Assembly (NCBI GenBank): GCA_000388065.2
Contig: KB932205.1
Reading direction: 5' to 3' (one strand)
Source of the DNA: Fonticula alba ATCC 38817
Taxonomy: Eukaryota; Protista; Nucleariida
DNA: 27,156 nt
A program made the position numbers and the translations under genes. Below, piece by piece: positions 11,915 to 19,465 of the stretch. The notes under the pieces are model-generated. The model ran no database searches, was not told the DNA's origin, and was given only the letters and a program-made list of their open reading frames with translations. Position 1 is the stretch's first letter. Each line of letters opens with the position of its first letter.

Positions 11915-11996
11915 ATCACCGTGTCCGAGTGGTTAAGGAGTCCGATTAGAAATCGGATGGGCTCTGCCCGCGTAGGTTCAAATCCTGCCGGTGATG
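11915..11996 (+). tRNA. tRNA-Ser(AGA)
   Basis: Acceptor ATCACCG/CGGTGAT, G73, D-arm TCCGAGTGGTTAAGGA, anticodon arm TCCGA-TTAGAAA-TCGGA, long variable arm, GGTTCAAATCC T-arm; T6 downstream. Confidence 0.96.
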
Positions 11997-12001
11997 CACC
12001 C

Positions 12002-12007
12002 TTTTTT
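12002..12007 (+). terminator. Pol III terminator (T6) of tRNA-Ser
   Basis: TTTTTT 5 nt after the tRNA end. Confidence 0.85.
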
Positions 12008-12071
12008 GGCGGGGCCGGCCCCGCTAGGGCGCGCCTTTAAAGGGCCGCGGGCGGGCCCTGCCCCATATCCG

Positions 12072-12143
12072 GTGGATATCGTATAGTGGTTAGTATAAGT
12101 GGTTGTGGCCCACTCGGCCCCAGTTCGATTCTGGGTATCCACA
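12072..12143 (+). tRNA. tRNA-His(GTG)
   Basis: Acceptor GTGGATA/TATCCAC, A73, anticodon arm AGTGG-TTGTGGC-CCACT, T-arm CCCAG-TTCGATT-CTGGG; T5 downstream. Confidence 0.95.
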
Positions 12144-12148
12144 CTTGC

Positions 12149-12153
12149 TTTTT
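12149..12153 (+). terminator. Pol III terminator (T5) of tRNA-His
   Basis: TTTTT 5 nt after the tRNA end. Confidence 0.8.
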
Positions 12154-12175
12154 GCGCCCCGCGGGCGCTCGGCGC

Positions 12176-12185
12176 AAAAGCAAAA
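12176..12185 (-). terminator. Pol III terminator (two T4 runs) of tRNA-Lys
   Basis: Minus strand TTTTGCTTTT 6 nt after the tRNA end. Confidence 0.65.
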
Positions 12186-12191
12186 GAACGC

Positions 12192-12264
12192 AGCCCACTG
12201 TGGGGCTCGAACCCACGACCCTGGGATTAAGAGTCCCATGCTCTACCAACTGAGCTAAACAGGC
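12192..12264 (-). tRNA. tRNA-Lys(CTT)
   Basis: Reverse complement GCCTGTTTAGCTCAGTTGGTAGAGCATGGGACTCTTAATCCCAGGGTCGTGGGTTCGAGCCCCACAGTGGGCT; anticodon loop CTCTTAA; canonical A and B boxes. Confidence 0.95.
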
Positions 12265-12970
12265 TATGTTACCCCGGCACATCGGGACCGGCCTTAAATG
12301 CGCCGCCCATTTTTGCCGACGCACCGGCCCGGGCCGGTGTGTTCGCCAGCCCCCGGGTCCCAGCACGCGGGCGAACCGCGGCGCGTGTCTTGTCCACGCG
12401 TGCCCGCGCGGGGTTGCCCGGGGGGGGGGACCGGCCGTCTCGCGGCGCGCGTGGCCCTGTTCCCGGGCCGCGTTGCCGGCTAGGGAGGGCGCCCTGCTGA
12501 GGGGGGGGGGGGGGGGCTGGGCCGGGGCGTCTGCGCGGTCCCAGTGGCGCGGTCCGGTGTGCCGAGTCGGGGGCCCGTGTTGCTGCCCCCCCCCCCCCCT
12601 CCCAGTCAGCCCGGGCAGGGCCCGCCGGCCAGACCGCGGCCGAAGGAGAGCCCCGCCGCCTGGCCCTGTCCCGGGGTTCGCGTGGTCCGCGCCCCCGGGC
12701 CGGGGTGGCCTGGTGCGCGGTGCTTCGTACGCGCCGGCCCGCTGGCGCCGCGCGCTAGCTCGCACGGCCCCGGGGCCCCCGGGAGAGAGCCCCCGCGCGT
12801 GTGGGGGGGCCCGGTCCGGCCACATTTAGTCCGGTCGGTTATATTTAGTCCGGCCGTTGGGCCTCCGGCGGTGCAAGTATCGGTGTGGATTCGGGTGGCA
12901 TTTGCGACGCGCGGCGGGCCCGGCCGCCGAAGAGTACTTAGCGCGGCGAGTCCCCTATCCCCTCATGTTC

Positions 12971-13043
12971 TCCCATATAGTCTAGGTGGTTAGGATACGT
13001 GGCTCTCACCCACGAGACCCGGGTTCGAGTCCCGGTATGGGAA
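12971..13043 (+). tRNA. tRNA-Glu(CTC)
   Basis: Acceptor TCCCATA/TATGGGA, anticodon arm CGTGG-CTCTCAC-CCACG, T-arm CCGGG-TTCGAGT-CCCGG; T5 downstream. Confidence 0.96.
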
Positions 13044-13048
13044 CTTCC

Positions 13049-13053
13049 TTTTT
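13049..13053 (+). terminator. Pol III terminator (T5) of tRNA-Glu
   Basis: TTTTT 5 nt after the tRNA end. Confidence 0.8.
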
Positions 13054-13716
13054 GGCCGGCCGGCCCTCCGCGGCGCCAACGCGCGCGCGCCTGTGCGCCT
13101 GCCAACAACAGGGGGGCGGGAGTATGGCGAGGGGGGGGCGCGCGCGGCTCCCCCCGGGCGCGCATGCCAGCGCGTGGGAGGCGCCGCACACAGCAATGCG
13201 CGGGCGGACCGCGCGCCCACGCCAGAGCCGGATGGGTCTTTTTTTTTTTTTTTCGGGCGGCGGCCCCCCTCCTGCCCCCGGGGCGAGCGGGGCCGCACGG
13301 CGCCGCGTTGGGGGGTGCGAGCGGGCAAGCTGAAACTCCCGGGAGAGCCGGGGCCCCCAGCCAACAATCCGGGGCCCGGGCGCCCCCCGCCGCACACCGG
13401 CGGGGAAGCTCGGGCATCCGCACATACGGAGATACGCACGCACAGGCGCATGGGTGTGCATGCGGAGCGGGCATTTCCTCGCGCCACCCGGGGGGCCGGT
13501 GGCGAGAGAGGGCCCCGGTCCGGGAAGGGCGCGTGGAGGCAAGCAACAAAAGGAAAGCCCCGCCCGGCGCGGGCACATTCCAACCGCCGGCGGCGATCGG
13601 CCGCCCGGCCAACGGGCGACCGGCCCGCAGGCAACGCCACACACGCGCTGCCCCGCCGGTGGGCGGCCGAGAAAACAATGCACCCACACAGCCTGGCGGC
13701 TGCACCGCCAACAGCC

Positions 13717-13753
13717 CCCCGCCCCGCTCCGCCCCGCCCCGCCCCGCCCCGCC
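13717..13753. repeat. (CCCCG)n array, about 7 units, ~110 bp upstream of the kinase ATG
   Basis: Read directly; contains tandem GGGCGG boxes on the minus strand and has G-quadruplex potential (inference). Confidence 0.8.
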
Positions 13754-13864
13754 TCCTGGCACCCCCTCCCTGCACCGCCCCCGACCCGGGGATCTTCCTG
13801 TCCCCTCTTCTCCCCTCCCGGCCTCGGCGCCCCGGCCCCGGTGGCCCGATCTCGGCCGCTGCCC

Positions 13865-16800
13865 ATGGCCTTGGCACCCACGACCCGGGCGCGGGGCAGC
13901 CGGCCGGCACCGGGCCTCGCGCTGGCGGTGGCGGCCGCGGCCGCGCTGCTGCTCGTGCTGCGGCTGGCCGCCGGCGCGCCAGGACCGGCGCTCGGGCCGG
14001 CCCCGGCGCCGGCGCATGCGCCGGCCGGCAGCGCTCCCATGCCCCTGGCGTCGGGCTGCTCGGCCAACTGCGACGCCTGCACCGGGGCCCTGTGCACCAA
14101 GTGCAGCGACGGCTTCTTCCACCTGGTCGACGGCGTGACCAACTCCTGCGTGGACACCTGCCCCCCGGAGGAGCCCATCCTCCGGTTCGAAAACAACACG
14201 TACTCCTGCTGGCGCATGGAGATCGACGGGTGCGCCCTGCTGGTCGGCCAGCCCGGCGCTTGGGAGTGCTACTTCTGCATGCTGGGCCGCTTCAAACGCC
14301 CGGACAATGGGTGCGGCCACTGCCGGCCCGGGTGCGGCTTCTGCGGCGACACCACCGGCTGCCTGGCGTGCCTGCCCGGGCTCTTCATGCATGACACCCT
14401 GTGCAGGGCCGCCTGCCCGGCGGGGCTTNNNNNNNNNNNNNNNNNNNNNNNNNNNNNNNNCCAGCCCGGCGCTTGGGAGTGCTACTTCTGCATGCTGGGC
14501 CGCTTCAAACGCCCGGACAATGGGTGCGGCCACTGCCGGCCCGGGTGCGGCTTCTGCGGCGACACCACCGGCTGCCTGGCGTGCCTGCCCGGGCTCTTCA
14601 TGCATGACACCCTGTGCAGGGCCGCCTGCCCGGCGGGGCTCTACCCGGACGACGCCTCGCGCACGTGCGCCGCCTGCCCGGCGCCCTGCTCCACATGCAC
14701 CGGCCCGGCCGAGTGCACGGCCTGCCACGGGGGCAAGCTCGCCCACGGCAGCCAGTGCGTCGACCTCTGCCCGATGGGCCTCTACTCCGACGGGCACATG
14801 TGTGTCCGGTGCCCGGCCGGCTGCCAGTCCTGCCTGTCGCCGGGGTTCTGCTCGCGCTGCCACCCGGGCTACCTGCACCATGCGCTGACATGCGTGGACA
14901 CCTGCCCGGCCGGCCACTATCCCAACGAGGCCGAGGGCCTGTGCGCGTCCTGCGCCGAGCCGTGTGCCACATGCTGGGGAGATCGGAAGAGCACACGTGT
15001 GTCCGGTGCCCGGCCGGCTGCCAGTCCTGCCTGTCGCCGGGGTTCTGCTCGCGCTGCCACCCGGGCTACCTGCACCATGCGCTGACATGCGTGGACACCT
15101 GCCCGGCCGGCCACTATCCCAACGAGGCCGAGGGCCTGTGCGCGTCCTGCGCCGAGCCGTGTGCCACATGCTGGGGGCCCGGCCCGGAGGCATGCACCTC
15201 CTGCCCGGCCGGGCGCCACCTGCATGCCGGGGCCTGTGTGGCCGCCTGCCCGGCCGGGACCTTCGCCAGCGGGGGCGCCTGCGCCGCCTGCCCGGACCCC
15301 TGCGCCGCCTGCACCCGGGCCGAGGCCTGCACCCAGTGCAAGAGCCCGCGCTTCCTGAGCGACGGCGCGTGCGTGGCCGCCTGCCCGGGGGGCACCTTCG
15401 CCGATGCCGACACCGGCGCCTGTGTCCCCTGCACCGGCGCCTGCGCCACCTGCACCGGCCCGGGCCAGTGCACCTCGTGCGCCGGGCCGAGGCTCCTCCA
15501 CCAGGGCACCTGTGTGGAGGCCTGCCCGGCCGGGCACTTCGCCCAAGCCGGCGCCTGCGCCGCGTGCGGCCCCCGGTGCGCCGCCTGCTCGGACGCCGCC
15601 ACCTGCACCGCATGCGCCCCGGGCTACCCCCTGCACCGGGGGGCCTGTGTGGCCGGCTGCCCGGGGTTTTTTTTTGACCGGGCCAACGAGTGCCTCCCCT
15701 GCCCGGCCGGGTGCGCCCTCTGCCACGAGGCCGATGCCTGCGACGTCTGCCTGGCCGGCATGGTCAAGCATGAGTCCCGGTGCCTGGCCGGCTGCCCGGC
15801 CGGCACCCATGTCACCAGCGACCCGGACCACCAGTCCCAGAGGCTCTGCCAGGCCTGCCACCCGCTGTGCGCCGAGTGCGCCGGCCCGGCGGCCGACCAG
15901 TGCACCGCCTGCGACGGGTCCCTCACCATCCGCCAGCCCATCCCGCCGGTGGACCCGCCCCTGGCCGAGGGCATGTGCGTGCCGGACTGCATGAACAACC
16001 CGTCGCAGTGCGCCGAGTGCGAGCCCACATGCGACCTGTGCCGGGCCCTGCCCGACGACCAGACCTTCTGCATGGTCTGCCGGGCGCCGATGCTGGCCCT
16101 GGAGGGCCGCTGCGTGGACGCCTGCCCGCCCGGGCACGCGCCCATGGTGGCCACGGGCCACTGCGCCCGGTGCGCCGGCGAGTGTGGCGGCGCCTGCTCC
16201 GGCCCGGCCGGCACCCAGTGCCTCAATTGCCCGGACGGCAAGGTCCTGCAAGGCGGCGAATGCCGAGATGCCTGCATGGCCGCCGGCTGGTACGCCGCCA
16301 GCCCGACCACCTGCAAGCGCTGCCACGGCAGCTGCTCGCAGTGCGCCGGGCCCGAGGCCGACCAGTGCACCGCCTGCCCGCGCGGGACCCTGCGCCTGGC
16401 CACGGCCGGCCCCGCCTCCTCCCCGCCGCCGGCCGGGGCCCTGTGCGTGTCGGCCTGCCCGGAGGGGCTGGTGGCCGACCCGCTGCGCGGCGAGTGCCAG
16501 CCCTGCCACCCTGCGTGCGCCACATGCTCCGGCCCCCTGGCCGGCGAGTGTGTCGCCTGCCCGGCCGGCGGGCTCCTGCACCAGGGGGCCTGCGTGGCCG
16601 CCTGCCCGGCGGGCTTCCGCCCTGCGGCCGGCCATGCCCATTGCGAGGCCTGCGCCGCCGGCTGCGCCGAGTGCCCGGCCGGCGCGGACCTCTGCACCCG
16701 CTGCCGGCCCGGGCACTTCCTGGTCCTCGGCGCCGGGGCATGTGCGACCGCATGCCCGGAGGGCCACCTGACCGACGCCACGGCGCGCGAGTGCGCCCCA

Positions 16801-19465
16801 TGCGCCGGGGCGTGCGCCCGCTGCGCCGGCACCCCCGACACCTGCACCCGGTGCCGGGACCCGGGGCTGCGGCTTCGCGCCCACACCGGCGAGTGTGTGG
16901 CCGCCTGCGCGGCCGGCGAGGCCGAAGCCACCGGCCTCGGCAGCCAGGCCGGCCTGCTCCTCTGCCGGGCCTGCCACGCCACCTGCGCAACATGCCGGGC
17001 CCCGGACAGCGCCGGCGCGTGCGACTCCTGCCCGGCCGGGCGCTTCCTCCTGGCCGGCGGGACGTGCGTGGCCGCCTGCCCCGAGGGGCACTTCCCGGCC
17101 GACGACACGGGCCAATGCACCCGCTGCAGCCCGGCCTGCCGGTCGTGCTCCGGCCCGGCCAGCGACCACTGCCTGTCCTGCGCCGGCGCCGCGGCCATCC
17201 TCCACCAGGGCGCCTGCACCGATGCCTGCCCGGCCGATGGGTTCTGGCTGGATGACAGGCCGCCGGCCGGTCGCGCATGCGTGCCCTGCCGGCAGGACTG
17301 CCTCCGGTGCCCGGCCGGCGGGGACCACTGCTCGGCCTGCCGGCCGGGCCACTTCCCGGCCTGGCCGGACCCCGCCCTCGGCCTCGTCTGCGTGGACAGC
17401 TGCCCGGCCGGGACCTTCCTCCAGCCGTCGCCCGACCACGACCAGGGGCGGTGCACCCCCTGCAGCAAGGGCTGCCACACATGCACCGGGCCCACCCCGC
17501 CGGAGTGCACCCGCACATGGTGCCAAGCCGACGACACGTGCACCGCCGCCCGTATGTGCCATGCCTCCGGGCCCTGCTCGGCTCCCCCTCGCCCCGGCCA
17601 TAGAAGTCTGACACATCTCTCGCTGCCCGCTCGCCAGGCAATCGCCACCTGGCCGTCGGCCTCGGGGTCGGCCTGACGGTGCTCCTGCTCCTGCTGCTCC
17701 TCGTGCTGGTGCTCGTGCATGTGTGCCTTCGCCGCCGGCGGCCAGCGGCCCCGGGCCCCGAGGAAAAGTCCGCCGTGCGACCGCCCCGCCAGCCCCTTTT
17801 CCGCCCTCTTGCGCTCGGCCCTCCGCCCTCCCCCCCCCCCTCCCCGCCGGCTGCCGGTGCCGGGCTTCCCCTGCTGACATCTGCCCGTGCCCTTGTAGGA
17901 CGTCGACATGACCATCCTCAACACCTTCATGGGTACGGGGCTGCATCCACCCAGGCCGCTGCCGCTGATGCCTGGGCCCCTGGCGCCCGGGCCGCCGCCC
18001 CTTGCGACCCTCGCACAGACTGACCACAACCCGCTCAAGACCTCTCGCTGCCGGGGTTCCTGCTTCTGTCGGTGGCGCATGACATCCGCATTCTCAGCCC
18101 GAGCCCCGAGCAGAGCGGCAGCCAGGGCGGCATCTTCGCCGTCGAGCCGGTCACATCGGCGCTCGCCGCGGCCGCCGGGCCCAACAGCATCGTAATGAAG
18201 ATGGCACATGGTGCGCTCGCTTCCCCCCCGCCCCCTCCACGCTGGGCACTCGGCCGCCTCCCCTGTGCCTGTGCTCTTGGCCCCGGGGATCTGACACACT
18301 GGCCCCTCGGGGCGCATGCCCCCATCACCGCCACCACTCATGGGTCCCAGAGGAGGGTGGCAGCTCGCTCCCGGCGGCACAGGTGCAGGCCATGTTCGAG
18401 AATGAACTGTCCATCCTGTGGGCGCTGCAACAGTCGCCGAATGTGGTCCGGCTGCTGGGCTACACCCAGGCCCCCTCGGCCATCCTCATGGTCCGCGAGG
18501 TGATCGACCTGGCGGGGCTCCTCAGCTCGGCCAGCCTGCTGGACAAGTGCAACATCCTGGCCCTGCTCCGAGGGATGGGTGCGTCTGGGCCTGCCTTCTG
18601 CCTTTTCTGCCTCTCTCATCGCTCTCTCTCTCTTCATCATTCTCGCTCTTCATCATTCTCGCTCTTCATCATTCTCGCTCTTCACTATACCCTCTCTCGT
18701 CATCACTCTCGCCCCCTCCCTCTCTCCACCATTCCCTCTCTCTCTACCTCCCTCGCCCCCTCCCTCTCTCCACCATTCCCTCTCTCTCTATCTCCCTCGC
18801 CCCCTCGCCATCTGGCAGGCGATACTGATGCCCCGTCCCAGCCACCGGCCTGGCTTTCATCCACGCCCAGGGGATCGCCCACCGGGACATCAAATCACAC
18901 AATGTCCTGGTCGGGCCGTGCCCCGACACCGGGGCCATGCGCCCGGTCTTCGCGGACTTCGGCGTGTCCATCGCCGTCAGCCGAGGCTCGACCCTGCTGG
19001 ACTCCACCATGCTGGAAGCTTGCAGCGTGGCCTTCGCCGCGCCGGAGGTCCTCGCCTCGCTGCGCCTGCCTGCCCCGGGCCCCGGCCGCCGCCCGGATTA
19101 CATGGCGGCCGATGTCTTCTCCCTGGCCACGGTATTTTGGCATGTGCTGACCTTGACCCGGCCGTGGAACGGTGCGCGTCCCGGCCGACCCTGCGCCCCC
19201 GCCTGCGGGCAACACGCACATGCACATGCACACACTGACCAGGGCCCGCGGCGCCCCTCTCGAACCAGGTCTCGGCAGCGATGCCACCGTCGAGGCCGTC
19301 CTCCAGGGACGAACGCCCGACTCCCATGGCCCCCCGGCGCACGAGGCCCTCCTCCAGGACCCCTTGCTCGCGGGCCTGGCGAATGCCTCCCTGCCGGCCA
19401 TGTGGTCCATGGACCCCGGGCAGCGCCCTCCCATGGCGGCCACGGTGCTGGCACTCGAGGGGTAG
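13865..19465 (+). CDS. Receptor-like Ser/Thr (TKL-like) kinase with ~20 furin-like repeats (~1457 aa after removing artefacts; exons 13865-17551, 17638-17774, 17899-17932, 18040-18210, 18351-18578, 18842-19171, 19269-19465)
   Basis: Signal peptide LALAVAAAAALLLVLRLAAG; many CxxCxGPxxxxCxxC...CxxxCP repeats; TM LAVGLGVGLTVLLLLLLLVLVLVHVCL then RRRR; kinase motifs SGSQGGIF, IVMK, FENELSIL, HRDIKSHNVL, ADFG, FAAPE, ADVFSLA, MWSMDPGQRP. All six introns are GT-AG with branch-like motifs and phases sum to 4374 nt once the 213-nt and 197-nt duplications are removed. Confidence 0.88.
14248..14640. other. Probable assembly artefact: identical 180-bp copies (14248-14427 and 14461-14640) flanking a 32-N gap (14429-14460)
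   Basis: Base-by-base identity of the two flanks; offset 213 keeps frame. Confidence 0.85.
14980..14998 (+). other. Illumina TruSeq adapter sequence AGATCGGAAGAGCACACGT embedded in the assembly
   Basis: 19-nt exact match to the start of the TruSeq read-through adapter, sitting between two identical 180-bp copies (14800-14979 and 14997-15176). Confidence 0.95.
18631..18684. repeat. 16-bp tandem repeat (TCTTCATCATTCTCGC) x3+ inside kinase intron 18579-18841
   Basis: Read directly. Confidence 0.9.
18711..18805. repeat. 44-bp pyrimidine-rich tandem repeat x~2.2 inside the same intron
   Basis: Units start at 18711, 18755 and 18799 with one mismatch between the full copies. Confidence 0.88.

Noticed and set aside
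14980-15085. Apparent frameshift or pseudogenisation of the kinase gene
   Set aside because: Explained by Illumina adapter plus a 180-bp duplication, an assembly artefact.
14917-18380. 1036-aa and 918-aa minus-strand ORFs, plus alternative-frame + ORFs
   Set aside because: Shadows of the Cys-repeat kinase exon; no independent splice or domain evidence.
18579-18841. Hydrophobic Ser/Leu-rich ORFs (18579..19238 and the tail of 18383..19150) that look like a second TM region
   Set aside because: Translation of a pyrimidine-rich, repeat-expanded intron.
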